Assembly (NCBI GenBank): GCA_963666315.2
Contig: CAXXHG010000009.1
Span: forward strand, 1-57,910
Origin: Candidatus Binatia bacterium
Lineage (GTDB): Bacteria > Desulfobacterota > Binatia > Bin18
DNA: 57,910 bases
Direction of reading: 5' to 3'
Below are positions 40,899 to 51,377 of this stretch, one piece after another. The position numbers and the translations under genes are program-made. Positions within the stretch are counted from its first letter, which is position 1; every line of letters begins with the position of its first letter. Below the pieces are notes generated by a model. That model had not been told where the DNA came from. It searched no databases and saw only the letters and a list, made by a program, of their open reading frames with translations.

Positions 40899-42521
40899 TC
40901 AAAATTCGTAACTGAGTTCCCAGCCCAGATTATCCCAGTGATTATACTGGCCATAGACGTCTCGTCGGTCTCCACTGCTATAGGCGGTATAAATCATGCG
41001 TCCGGTAATAAACTGCGAGAAGCGATAGCTGGCAACCAGTTTACTTTTGATGCCCTGCCATTTGCGGATCGGTCCGCTAATCCACGGTACCAGGGTCAGG
41101 CTGATCCGTAAGCGGTCTCGCGTAAAGCGGAACGGGCGTTCGACGTAGAGTACGGGTAAGACGTTCCACTCATCACCAACCGCGCCTCCAAACCCGCTGC
41201 CTAAAGAGTCGCGCCAGTCAAATGTATACAACAACGACGGCTGAAAAATAAAAGCCGTATTGCCCGGAAAAGCAAACTCGAACGCCACAGCGGCCCGCAT
41301 CGTATCGCGCGTGACTATCCCGGAATTGAGGCTGCCGTCCCGGGCGGCTTGCTGATGGTCAAAATCGACAAAGGGCACATCTCGAGTCCACAAGCCCTCG
41401 ACGCGCAGCACGATGGGCAGCTCGCCCACAATCGGGACGCCGGCCAGAGCGGAGGCATAATCCGCCGTAATACCAATATGGTGCATACGTTGAAACTTGG
41501 GCTGAAACTCTAAATGCACCTCTCCGTTCGTATCCACATCGCTGCCCACGATAAAAGGGCTGGGGTTCTTATCCCAGGCGTAATAATAAATCAGACCCCA
41601 GGTGAGCGGTTCCATCGACACATCCAGACGCATGGCGTACTGGTGATCGCCAAAGTCGCCGCCAGACGGTCTTTGGGTCTTTCGAAAGGTATCCCCGGAC
41701 GGCTCGGAGTGTCCATCCAAGAGGGATTTGACATCATCGTCACGGGGAGGAATGAGGGGCGAGTACCACGGCGAGCCGGGCACTGGATTGCGATCTTGCT
41801 CGAAGTTCGGAATATACAGCAGGTTGAGCGAATTCGCACCAAAGAAATACGTAACGTTAGCCATCCACACCGGCAGACGCCGCCACTCGAAATCGCTCGC
41901 TTCAAGCTGGACCGATTCGCGTCTATCCATGCCATTAATGACATCGATAAACTGGCCGTCCATCTTGCCCCAGGCGATCTGCTGTTTCCCCAACACGACA
42001 TCCAGATTATGGGTGCGATAGCTGAGGTAGAGCTCACGCACGATGCGTTCAAAATTATGGTAGACGCGAGCAGTTTCGCTGACACGCGGAGCGAAGAGTC
42101 CGGCAGAACCCTGCCAGTTATACACGGCGTCATATATAAAATTATTGACATTCGTGATTTCGATATTGGGTGAGACCTGGTAGTGGAGTTCCAGTTCCAA
42201 CTGGTGCTGTGTTTGGGAGAAGCGGAAATCTTTCTTCCGGTTCCCGACTCGCCTGTCACCGGACAGTTGGATATCAGACCACTGACGATAGAATCCCTTA
42301 AAGGTCAACGCGGGGACTTGGCGCTCGACCGGCTGCCGGACATAGCGCCCGGCCGGATCAAAAGTCGCCAGAAAGCGATCAAAGCGGGACCACGAATTCA
42401 CCAGGGAGTGGACCTGCTTGTCCAGGAAATAGCCCGAACATGGAGAAACGCTGACCAGGAGGAACAGCCCGGTCAGCAGGCTACGGAGGGCGGGCAGACG
42501 CCCCCTTTTATATTGTATCAA
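40899..42521 (-). CDS. DUF1302-like outer-membrane beta-barrel protein (likely TTG start 42521)
   Basis: Signal peptide, RELYL..LGKQQIAWG..DG...DVIN, C-terminal WELSYEF; AGGAAGGA RBS. Confidence 0.75.
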   Translation of the reverse strand: MIQYKRGRLPALRSLLTGLFLLVSVSPCSGYFLDKQVHSLVNSWSRFDRFLATFDPAGRYVRQPVERQVPALTFKGFYRQWSDIQLSGDRRVGNRKKDFRFSQTQHQLELELHYQVSPNIEITNVNNFIYDAVYNWQGSAGLFAPRVSETARVYHNFERIVRELYLSYRTHNLDVVLGKQQIAWGKMDGQFIDVINGMDRRESVQLEASDFEWRRLPVWMANVTYFFGANSLNLLYIPNFEQDRNPVPGSPWYSPLIPPRDDDVKSLLDGHSEPSGDTFRKTQRPSGGDFGDHQYAMRLDVSMEPLTWGLIYYYAWDKNPSPFIVGSDVDTNGEVHLEFQPKFQRMHHIGITADYASALAGVPIVGELPIVLRVEGLWTRDVPFVDFDHQQAARDGSLNSGIVTRDTMRAAVAFEFAFPGNTAFIFQPSLLYTFDWRDSLGSGFGGAVGDEWNVLPVLYVERPFRFTRDRLRISLTLVPWISGPIRKWQGIKSKLVASYRFSQFITGRMIYTAYSSGDRRDVYGQYNHWDNLGWELSYEF

Positions 42522-42525
42522 GTTG

Positions 42526-43574
42526 TTATCCTTCCTGTTTTGAGGCCCTGTTCTTAAGCGGGGTCGGTCGGCAAACGAGGATCCCATCGGCCGTGAGTTG
42601 CTGCACCTGATCTTCCGCATATCCAAGATACCGCCCAAGCACGGCCACGTTGTGCTGCCCCAAATCTGGCGCTTCCAGTGGCGCGTCGGTTCTGGCCGGG
42701 CTGGAAAAGCGGAAGGGGAAACCGGGCAGGACAAAATCACCTAATATATCGTCCTGTATGGGCCGGATAGCCTCGCGCTCAAGAAGATGTGGGTGGTTCA
42801 CCACCTCCGGGATGGTTAAGACGGGTGCCGCCGGCACCCGTTCTCGGTGGAGCGCCTCGACTGCGGCCTCCCGGTTGGACACAGACTGGAGCCAGTCTTC
42901 AATGGCGGCGATCAGCTCTTGTTTATGATGCACCCTATCACGATTCGTCCGAAAGCGCGGATCTTCGACAAATTCCGGATGTCCTATCGCCCGCGCTACG
43001 CCCTGCCATTGATGGTCAAGAGCGCCAACGATGACGACATAGCCGTCTCGTGCCTGGAAAATGCCACACGGGGCAAGTCCCATATGGTGCGAGCCGCTCC
43101 GCGTCGGTATGAACTTTCCACCCGAAGCGCTGTACGACTGAATGCCAAAATCGTGAGAATGGATATACGCATCCAGCAGTGACACATCGATATATTGCCC
43201 TTCGCCCGTTCGCTCACGGTGGAGCAGCGCGCAGGCTATCGCGCCGAAGGCATGCACACCGGTGCTCACATCTCCAATGGCAGCCATGGGCATGACGGGC
43301 GCCCCACCCCGCTCGCCTATGATTTCACTAATCCCAGAGTAGGCTTGGGCAATGAAATCGTAGCCGGGTACGTGGGCGAGCGGTCCGGTCTGGCCGAGGG
43401 CGGAAATCGAACACATGATCAGGCGCGGATTGAGTTTCTTGAGTTCCTGGTACGAAAAGCCCAGCCGTTGTATGGCCCCCGGGCTATAGTTCTCAACCAC
43501 GACGTCCATATGCGGGATCAGGCCGCGAACATACCTTTAGATGCGTTATGTGACGGCTGTGAGGCGCTTGCCAT
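42526..43574 (-). pseudogene. Family III (CaiB/BaiF) CoA-transferase with an N-terminal deletion
   Basis: ATG 43574 gives MASASQPSHNASKGM, which is joined out of frame to RGLIPHMDVVVENYSPG; roughly 80 conserved N-terminal residues are absent; AIGDVSTG is present. Confidence 0.75.
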
Positions 43575-43706
43575 ATACGTCCCTCTCTCTCGACGACACA
43601 CTGCTCTAAGCCCAAGAACTGGCCGAAGGACTGAGTGAGTGTTCAGTTACAAAGGAATGGGCGAGATAGTATCCACAAGCGTATAGTGTCGCAAGGTGGG
43701 CACTGC

Positions 43707-45089
43707 TTAGGACGGAGTAACTTTTTCTTTAAAGGCCCACGGATTAAGCGTGTGTTTGCCCAGCAGCTTATAGAACTCGGCGCGATCTTTACCGGCCATG
43801 TTTGCGGCCCGTGAAACGTTGCCTTTAGCTGCCGTCAATACTTGGACCAAATACGTTTTTTCGAACCGCCCCCGGGCTTCTTTGAAGGTTAGCAGCCCTT
43901 TGTGCCGACTCTCAAGCTGTCGCTTGCCGAGATGCAAGAGATCCGGAGAGATCTGATTATTCGTCACCAGCACGACCGCGCGCTCAACAACGTTGGCTAA
44001 TTCACGCACATTACCTGGCCATTCGTACAACATCATTTGCTGCAGAGCATCCGGGGCAAAGCCGTCAATAGCTTTGCCCGTTTCTTGCTTAAAGCGCTGC
44101 AGGAAATGCTGGGCAAGCAGCGGAATATCTGCCGGACGTTCCCGGAGCGGCGGTAAATAAATCGGCACGACGTGAATACGGCAATACAAGTCCTCACGAA
44201 ACTTGCCATTGCTGATCGCTGCGCTCAGGTCCTGGTTTGTTGCGGCAACCAAGCGGATGTCGACCTTGGTCGCCCGACCCGCACCTAAGGGATAGAATTC
44301 TCGCTCTTGGAGTACGCGTAAAAATTCGACTTGGAGGGCGGGAGGAAGTTCACCGATCTCGTCCAGGAAGAGCGTTCCACCGTCAGCCTGTTGCAACAGC
44401 CCCGGCTTGACTTGGTCAGCACCCGTATAGGCGCCTTTCACATGTCCAAACAGCTCATTCTCTACCAGGCCTTCAGGAATGGCTCCACAATTAATGGCGA
44501 TAAAAGGACCGGCGGAACGCCGGCTGGCGACATGCAGCGCCTTGGCAATCAGCTCTTTACCTGTCCCGCTTTCGCCATACAGGCAGACGGTGGAATCCGT
44601 GGCCGCTATATGTGCCACCCGCCGCAGGATGTGCTGCATATTATCACTTGCGGTAATGATATGCTCAAAGGTATGCCGCTCTTCAACCAAATTCCGCAGA
44701 CGCTCGACTTCTCCCCGCAGGCGATAGATCTCAAGCGCCTTTTCAATGCGACGCAGCAGATCCTGGGCATCAAAGGGTTTCGTCAGGTAATCATACGCGC
44801 CCTTCTTGGTTACCTCGACTGCACTGGCGATCGTCCCGTGGGCAGTCAGAATAATGACCGGAAGATTCGGACAGATTCAGCGCTGTTTTTCTAAAAGCGT
44901 GATACCGTCCATATCTTCCATCTTCAGATCCACAATCGCCAGATCTGGCATCTCGTCGCTCATCAGCGAGAGGGCCTGGCTCCCGCTGCTTGCGAGGCGG
45001 ACCTGATAGTCTACTGCCTCAAGCCGCACTTGCATCAGTTTCAAAAGCCCCGGGTCGTCATCAACAACAAGGATACGTTCTTCAGTCAT
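43707..45089 (-). pseudogene. Sigma54-dependent response regulator (GlrR/NtrC-like) with an in-frame TGA
   Basis: Receiver VVDDD..DLKM, then EKQR*ICPNLPVIILTAHG in the same frame as GESGTGKE, GAYTGA, LFLDEI, WPGNVREL and the HTH. Confidence 0.85.
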
Positions 45090-45098
45090 AATGCTACT

Positions 45099-45220
45099 CT
45101 ACGAACCTGAATCTCGTTGCAGCCTGAAAAGTTCACGCTGTTGTTCTTCCGGCTCGATATCAACTTGGCGCGCTCGGTCAAGACGATGCTTGAGTCTTCG
45201 GACTGCCGTGCGTTCATTGC
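45099..45220 (-). pseudogene. C-terminal coiled-coil remnant, possibly QseG/YfhG-like
   Basis: RTAVRRLKHRLDRARQVDIEPEEQQRELFRLQRDSGS* ends 10 nt before the regulator's start. Confidence 0.35.
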
Positions 45221-45279
45221 ACACGCCCGCCCCTGCCTGCCAGGCGCTGTTTTAGTCTGGTGAAAAGAAACCGCTCCGT

Positions 45280-46497
45280 TTAGTTGAGCACTTGGTCAGT
45301 GTGGAATTTCTGAATCTCGGCAGCGGAATAACCCAGCACCTCTGCTAAGACATAGTCCGTATGCTGACCGCGCATGGGTGCCGCAGCCTGCACCTCACAG
45401 GGTGAGCCAGCCATTTGCCACGGGATGCCGGCATGGATACGCTTGCCGAACTCAGGATGCTCTTTCTGTACCAGAAACCCGCGCTCTTCCAAGTGAGGAC
45501 TTGTGGCCAAGTCTTTATTGCTCATGGACGGAAAGGCTGCAACTCCTACTTTTTGCAGTGTTTCGGTGATTTCCCAGCGATCCCGCGCTGATGTCCAGGC
45601 GGTAATGAGTTCTTCAAGCGCGGTCTCGTTGGCTTTGCGCGCGGCTGCATCAGTAAAGCGCTTGTCCGTCGCCAGTTCGGGCTGACCCATGGCCTGACAC
45701 AACGCCTGCCACTCGGCGTCATTCCCACACACGATGCTGACCCATTTCTCAGCATCACCCTTGCATTTGAAACAGCCGTGCGGAGCCACCCAGCGGTCTC
45801 TATTCCCATCGCGTTCCGGCTGAGTCTGATTCATCACATACTCCATGATGCCTTCCGGCAACAGGACCAGCAGCGCCTCCCACAGGGCGAGGTCCACGTG
45901 TATGCCTTTGCCCGTTCGGTGCCGATAGGCAAGCGCAGCCATGGCAGCGAACGAGCCAAAGATGCCGGCATTCGGATCGCCGTAGGAAATTCCGATTTCT
46001 GCTGGGCCGACTCCCGGATAGCCGGTGAGCGACGAAATTCCGGCCAGCGGAACTGAGGCCGGTCCATAGCCCATATATTTCCGTTCCGGTCCGGTCTGGC
46101 CGTAGCCACAGATCGAAATCATGATGATGTCGGGCTTGAGTTGCTTGAGCGTCTCATACCCAAACCCCATCCGGTCTATCGCTCCGGAGGAGAAGTTCTG
46201 GACGACAATGTCACTCTTGGAAATGAGCTTTTTCACAATCTCCGACGCCTCAGGACGAGCCAGATCAAGCTGCAGACTTTTTTTGCCTTGGCTGTACTGA
46301 TTAAAATAGCCCGCCCGATTCGGACCCGGTTCGTTATCGGCAAACGGCGGGATCAAACGGGTCACACACGGCCGTCGTTCACTTTCAATCCGAATCACCT
46401 CCGCACCCATATGCGCCATTTGCAGCGTGCAGTACGGCCCTGCCCAGGCCCAAGTAAAATCCGTTACGCGAATGCCTTCTAATGGTCTTTGTGCCAT
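45280..46497 (-). CDS. Family III CoA-transferase
   Basis: PLEGIRVTDF..AGP, GKKS, SYGDPNAG, AAPMRGQHT. Confidence 0.92.
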   Translation of the reverse strand: MAQRPLEGIRVTDFTWAWAGPYCTLQMAHMGAEVIRIESERRPCVTRLIPPFADNEPGPNRAGYFNQYSQGKKSLQLDLARPEASEIVKKLISKSDIVVQNFSSGAIDRMGFGYETLKQLKPDIIMISICGYGQTGPERKYMGYGPASVPLAGISSLTGYPGVGPAEIGISYGDPNAGIFGSFAAMAALAYRHRTGKGIHVDLALWEALLVLLPEGIMEYVMNQTQPERDGNRDRWVAPHGCFKCKGDAEKWVSIVCGNDAEWQALCQAMGQPELATDKRFTDAAARKANETALEELITAWTSARDRWEITETLQKVGVAAFPSMSNKDLATSPHLEERGFLVQKEHPEFGKRIHAGIPWQMAGSPCEVQAAAPMRGQHTDYVLAEVLGYSAAEIQKFHTDQVLN

Positions 46498-46548
46498 GCC
46501 GTTCTCCTTCTCTTCACGCGTCAACTGGCTGGTTGTAGATCAGCGGAA

Positions 46549-47754
46549 CTACACAATGCCCTGTTTTCGCAAGTCGTCGATTTCGGCTGGGGCAAGTCCT
46601 ATCCGGGCATAAACCTCAGCGTTGTGTTCACCCAATTGGGGAGCAGAACGACGCACGGCGTAGCCTACGTCCTCGACTTTAAATGGTGCGCCCGGATAGG
46701 TGAGTGACCCGGCAACCTGATGGCTGATTTTGGTGAAGAACTCACGCGCTTTGAGATGCTCGGATGCTAACAGGTCGACCACAGTGTTCACCGGAGCCAT
46801 ACAAATACGGCGTTCTTGACCCGCCTTGTATAAGTCGGCGACTTTCCACTCGGATGCAAACTCTTGCAGAAACGGCAGAAGCGCGTCGTAGTTTTGGCCC
46901 CGGACGACACGGTCCTCAAAAATCTCTAAGGTCGCCCATTCTGGATTACCCATGAGATCAGCAAAGCGTTTCCACTGATCCTCTTCCACACAGATGACAA
47001 ATAGTTTGCCGTCTTTACAGTCCAGCATACACCACGGATAAATCGACCGTCGCCCCAGCCGCGACGTTTCCAGACCGCTATAGGTATAGTGCATAAAATT
47101 CATCTCAAGGATGGCGGCAATACATTCCTGAATAGCCACATCTATGTGCTGCCCTTCACCAGTGATGCATTTGTGGTAATACGCGCCCAGCGTGGCTACC
47201 CCGGCGTGGACGCCGCCTTGGAAATCTGTCTGATGGCCGAACGCCTTGAGCGGTGGCAAATCGGGATAGTCAGATGCACCCGGACTAATGCATGCCCAAC
47301 CACCCGCGTTGCTCGCCGTCAGGTCATAGGCGTTATAGTTGCGGTGCGGTCCGGTCTGACCAAAATAGGAAATCGAGGTCATGATCAGCCCGGGATTGAT
47401 CTGACCCAGCTTGGCGTAATCCAGACCTAGCCCGGCCATGTCACGCGGACTATAGTTATGCAACAGAATATCTGCTTGGGCGCATAAACTTTGCAATACA
47501 GCCTGCCCCTTGGCTGCTCGCAAATTCAGAGTCACACCCTGTTTATTGGCATTCAGGTAGAGAAACAGCCCACTCTTCTCCACATGCGGCGTATCCCCCG
47601 GAAACGGGCCGCGTTGGCGAGCGCTGTCACCGCGGGGCTCTTCGACCTTGACGACGTCCGCGCCAAAATCGGCCAATAGCTTCCCGGCATAGGCTGCAGA
47701 AACCATATTGCCGCATTCGACAACTTTGATACCAGACAGGAGTTGTTCAGCCAT
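46549..47754 (-). CDS. Family III CoA-transferase (possible partner subunit)
   Basis: LSGIKVVE, LADFGADVVKVE, YLNANK, FGQTGP, APQLGEHN. Confidence 0.92.
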   Translation of the reverse strand: MAEQLLSGIKVVECGNMVSAAYAGKLLADFGADVVKVEEPRGDSARQRGPFPGDTPHVEKSGLFLYLNANKQGVTLNLRAAKGQAVLQSLCAQADILLHNYSPRDMAGLGLDYAKLGQINPGLIMTSISYFGQTGPHRNYNAYDLTASNAGGWACISPGASDYPDLPPLKAFGHQTDFQGGVHAGVATLGAYYHKCITGEGQHIDVAIQECIAAILEMNFMHYTYSGLETSRLGRRSIYPWCMLDCKDGKLFVICVEEDQWKRFADLMGNPEWATLEIFEDRVVRGQNYDALLPFLQEFASEWKVADLYKAGQERRICMAPVNTVVDLLASEHLKAREFFTKISHQVAGSLTYPGAPFKVEDVGYAVRRSAPQLGEHNAEVYARIGLAPAEIDDLRKQGIV

Positions 47755-47788
47755 GATGTCCTCCCTTACTTCTCTTTTTTTAAAACGT

Positions 47789-49006
47789 TTATATCGCGCC
47801 CCGTGCCTCTAAGGCCGCAATCTGGTCTGGACTAAAATGCAGCAGACCAGCATAGACTTCTTCGTTATGTGCGCCGATTTCCGGTCCGAGCCAGCGCACT
47901 TCTCCAGGTGTCTCACTCAGTTTGGGTACGATCCCCGGCACCTTGAGTTCACCTAACACCCGGTCATGCAAAGACAACAGCATGTCCCGAGCCTGGAAAT
48001 GCGGGTCCTTCACAATATCTTCAATACTATACACCGGACCAGCAGGTATAGTTGCTGCTTCTAGTAGGAGCAACAGCCCAGGAAGCTCATATTGCGCCGT
48101 CCAGGCCGCTACAATATCGTCGATGGCGGCACGCTGCTCGGCGCGTACGACCTGATTCTCAAAACGTGGGTCGGCCAGCAGTTCTTCCCGGCCCATGAGT
48201 GTACACAGCCGAGTAAACAGCCCGTCTGTATTTGCCGCAATAACTATCCACTGCTCGTTCTTACACGGGTAGAGGTTTGATGGGGCAAAGCCAGGCAGCG
48301 ACGTTCCCGTCCGCGTCCGCTCATAGCCAGTTTTGTCATACTCGGTGAGGGTCGCTTCTAACACCGCAAAGACGGCTTCATATAAAGCCATATCGATTAC
48401 CTGGCCGCTGCCGCCATTGACATCACGGTTATACAAGGCCATGAGCGTCCCCAGCGCGGCAAACATCCCGGCCAACGAGTCCCCCAGGCTAATGCCCACG
48501 CGACACGGCGGACGGTCCGGGAACCCCACAACATGCCGCAGCCCGCCAAAGGCTTCAGCCACCGCAGCAAAACCCGGCTTTTCTCGATACGGGCCGGTTT
48601 GTCCATAGCCGGACACACGGACGAAGATGAGACCGGCATTTAACTCCCGCAGCCTGTCGTAGCCGAGGCCCCATTCTTCAAACACGCCGGGTCGAAAATT
48701 CTCCACCAACACATCCGCGTGTGTGACGAGCTTACGGAGGATGTCCTGGCCTTCCGGATGACGCAGATTGAGTGAAATACACTTTTTATTCCGCGCAATG
48801 CTCGGCCACCACAGGCTTTTTCCGTCGACCAACGACTGGCCAACCGTACGTATGGGATCGCCCTTCTTCGGAGCCTCAACCTTAATCACCTCAGCCCCAA
48901 AGTCGGCTAAGAGTCGAGCGCAGAATGGACCGGCCAGCAGAGCGCCACATTCGATGACGCGGATACCAGCCAGAGGGCCGCCGGACTTATCGTCGTTCGT
49001 TCCCAT
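47789..49006 (-). CDS. Family III CoA-transferase (formyl-CoA transferase-like)
   Basis: PLAGIRVIE..AGP, ARNKK, ENFRPG, SGYGQTGP, SLGDSLAG. Confidence 0.92.
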   Translation of the reverse strand: MGTNDDKSGGPLAGIRVIECGALLAGPFCARLLADFGAEVIKVEAPKKGDPIRTVGQSLVDGKSLWWPSIARNKKCISLNLRHPEGQDILRKLVTHADVLVENFRPGVFEEWGLGYDRLRELNAGLIFVRVSGYGQTGPYREKPGFAAVAEAFGGLRHVVGFPDRPPCRVGISLGDSLAGMFAALGTLMALYNRDVNGGSGQVIDMALYEAVFAVLEATLTEYDKTGYERTRTGTSLPGFAPSNLYPCKNEQWIVIAANTDGLFTRLCTLMGREELLADPRFENQVVRAEQRAAIDDIVAAWTAQYELPGLLLLLEAATIPAGPVYSIEDIVKDPHFQARDMLLSLHDRVLGELKVPGIVPKLSETPGEVRWLGPEIGAHNEEVYAGLLHFSPDQIAALEARGAI

Positions 49007-49084
49007 ATAGTTCCGGATATAAACAAGAATCTTGTTCCGCGGGCACGATAAGCCCAAAGGGACGAGGGGTCAAGATAGTTTCCG

Positions 49085-49480
49085 TCAAGATGACCGAGTG
49101 GAAAGCCGCTTTGCTTGGATGAGGTGCTTATCTACCGTGAGTAGAGTCAATTCATACACAAGCGCTGTGGCAGCAAGAAAATGGTCAGCAGGGTCTCAGT
49201 GAGAAAACTCCATCTCTTGGCTGACTAGAGCAACTTCCGTCGTGAGTCGTGCTTCCTGACGAGGGAGTTTCCGCTGAGCCTGCACGAACCAAGTCCGGAA
49301 ATCACCTTCAATGCGCATACGTCCCTGCTGGGCAAGCATGTTCAGCTCCCACACCGAGATGGGCGACAGCCAACATTGACCTTGTTGTGTGTCTATTGCT
49401 GTCCTCAGCCCGCGTGGTAAACGACGCGAACCAATAAGGTACCAAAACCAAATATGCGTGTCTGAGAGGATACCCCTCAC
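49085..49480 (-). pseudogene. VapC/PIN toxin with a nonsense codon
   Basis: DTHIW..SPISVWE, then FSH*DPADHFLAATA..TVD (HRDPxD motif with TGA at the Arg position). Confidence 0.85.
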
Positions 49481-49665
49481 TGCAAGGCATCCCAGTCTTC
49501 AGGCGGTAAAGGTTCGAGAATATCTTCGATCTCCTCAGCCGACCCAGCCATACACCCAAAAGCACTTGCACTCTCTGAGCGAGTTGGCGGTGGTGGAAGG
49601 ACTCGAGCTACTGGAGTGCCTCGCTTTGTGACAAGTAAGGGCTCACCAGTTTTGCGCACTGGCAC
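49477..49665 (-). pseudogene. Phd/YefM antitoxin, 5'-truncated
   Basis: VRKTGEPLLVTKRGTPVARV; the usual N-terminal ~18 residues are absent; overlaps the toxin start. Confidence 0.75.
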
Positions 49666-49851
49666 TCCCAGCTGATATTGCGCAAGCGCCTTGAACCAAA
49701 CGAGGGGCGCGCTGTTTAAACAAAGGCTTGCCGCATTCCGCTGGCAGTCCTCTTGCGCTTCACTACAATGGTTAAAACTTTTCGTCAGAAAGAACCTGCA
49801 GGCGGAGCACTGCTCCGCCCGTTTCGTTCAAGGCAAGGTCTACTTGAAGGT

Positions 49852-50973
49852 CTATTTAGCAGTCCGCACTTCAGCAGTCGCCACATTGACCGGCACTTTG
49901 GCTTGCGGGGTCCACTCGTGCATCATGGGACCGATTTCTTTAGCGAATAACTTCATGCAGTCTTCGACTCGATCAAACGGCTGGCTCTGAAAGCTGAAGC
50001 AGCCGTTGACTTCAAAGTCGCCGATCTGTTCACGCCGCGTTTCGAGCTTCTTGATAATCATGTCCGGCGTGCCCCACAGGTTGGCTGCCAGGAAGTCTTC
50101 CAGAATCGCCTCATCGCCGGCTTCCTTCATCAGCTTGGCAGCCTCTGCATAGTGGGCATACGAGTTGCCCGTCTTGGCGAAGTGATCGCCCAGCATCTCG
50201 TAATGCTCCATGACGCTGAAGTAGTAGCCGGTGATCTTCTCGCGTGCGATCTCTTCGGCCTTTTTGGCATCGTGAGAGCACACCACGAAGTCGGCACAGT
50301 TCACAGGCGGTGCTTCTTCACCATTGTTGTACTGCCGATACATCTCGCGGAAGTTGTTGACGCCGTCGGCGACTTTGTCCCAGGTTACCTGGGAGAACAT
50401 CATCACACCCAAGCCGAGCTTGGCCGCCACTTCAAAAGACTCGGGTGACATGCACACCATGTAACGGCGGTTCTTGAAGCTGCCTATCGGTCTCGGCCGT
50501 ACTTCAACCCGGCTCTGCTTGAAGTATTTAGTGTCGGCTTCAACGAAGCCATCTTCCAAGCCCTTCAGGATAATCTCAGCCGCTTCATTAAAACGATCCC
50601 GCGCTTCGCCCATGTCCACACCAAAACCCGCATACTCACGCCGGGCCAACCCGCGTCCAAGCCCGAGGACGGCGCGACCGTCCGACAGATGGTCCAGCAT
50701 CACCATCTTTTCCACGACACGCATAGGATTGTTCCACGGGACGATGATGGCTCCAGTGGCCAATTGCAGCTTTTCCGTCTTGGCAGCGATATAGCTCAGA
50801 TACTGCATATTGTCCGAGCAAATGGAGTAATCAAAAAAGTGATGCTCTACCGGCCAGATAATATCGAACCCCATCTCCTCAGCTTCAATGGCGAGGCGCG
50901 TTTCGTTCTTGAACATTTCACGATCATCGTGATCCGTATGATTTTGGATCACCATCTGAATACCAATTCGCAT
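49852..50973 (-). CDS. Luciferase-like (LLM) flavin-dependent oxidoreductase
   Basis: AEEMGFD..VEHHF, MLDHLSDGR..GLGRG, LWGTPD. Confidence 0.9.
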   Translation of the reverse strand: MRIGIQMVIQNHTDHDDREMFKNETRLAIEAEEMGFDIIWPVEHHFFDYSICSDNMQYLSYIAAKTEKLQLATGAIIVPWNNPMRVVEKMVMLDHLSDGRAVLGLGRGLARREYAGFGVDMGEARDRFNEAAEIILKGLEDGFVEADTKYFKQSRVEVRPRPIGSFKNRRYMVCMSPESFEVAAKLGLGVMMFSQVTWDKVADGVNNFREMYRQYNNGEEAPPVNCADFVVCSHDAKKAEEIAREKITGYYFSVMEHYEMLGDHFAKTGNSYAHYAEAAKLMKEAGDEAILEDFLAANLWGTPDMIIKKLETRREQIGDFEVNGCFSFQSQPFDRVEDCMKLFAKEIGPMMHEWTPQAKVPVNVATAEVRTAK

Positions 50974-51377
50974 AACGACTCCTTTCTCGTCTGGCTTTCG
51001 CAGGTTACATCGGTACGGGAAGTCAGTGGACCGGTCTCCCCTGCCCTCGTCCTCGAATGAGAAACGCTCCGCTTACCGACGGTCTTTGTGCGTAAAGCCG
51101 TAAAGTTCTGATCACACTATCCAAATATCTCTAATATCACAAGATGGACAAGAGCAACCAAAAGAAATTGTCTTTCCCGCCTGAATCGCCAGCGACGCAC
51201 AACACTTGACAGATGACCCGAAGCCAGGGCACTTGAGGGTTGGGGGGCTATGGAATAGCAACAAGGCGACGCAGAGGCTCTTTGACGTGCGCTTCTGAGA
51301 GAGAGTCCAATAAAACACAGGAGCGCCACAGGATCTGGCCTAGGCGGGCGACCTGCTCGGCGGCGATTGAGGAAACT

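Noticed and set aside
42522-42740. 5' extension of the 613-aa barrel ORF
   Set aside because: It overlaps the CoA-transferase; the RBS and signal peptide point to TTG 42521.
44877-44879. TGA in the response regulator as selenocysteine
   Set aside because: Not a conserved Cys position, and the gene has other degenerate substitutions.
29965-49198. Several in-frame TGA codons suggesting an alternative genetic code
   Set aside because: Intact genes here end normally in TGA (for example the EthD gene, hemY and nrtR), the internal stops fall at different residues, and TAG stops and frameshifts occur too. Decay explains them better.
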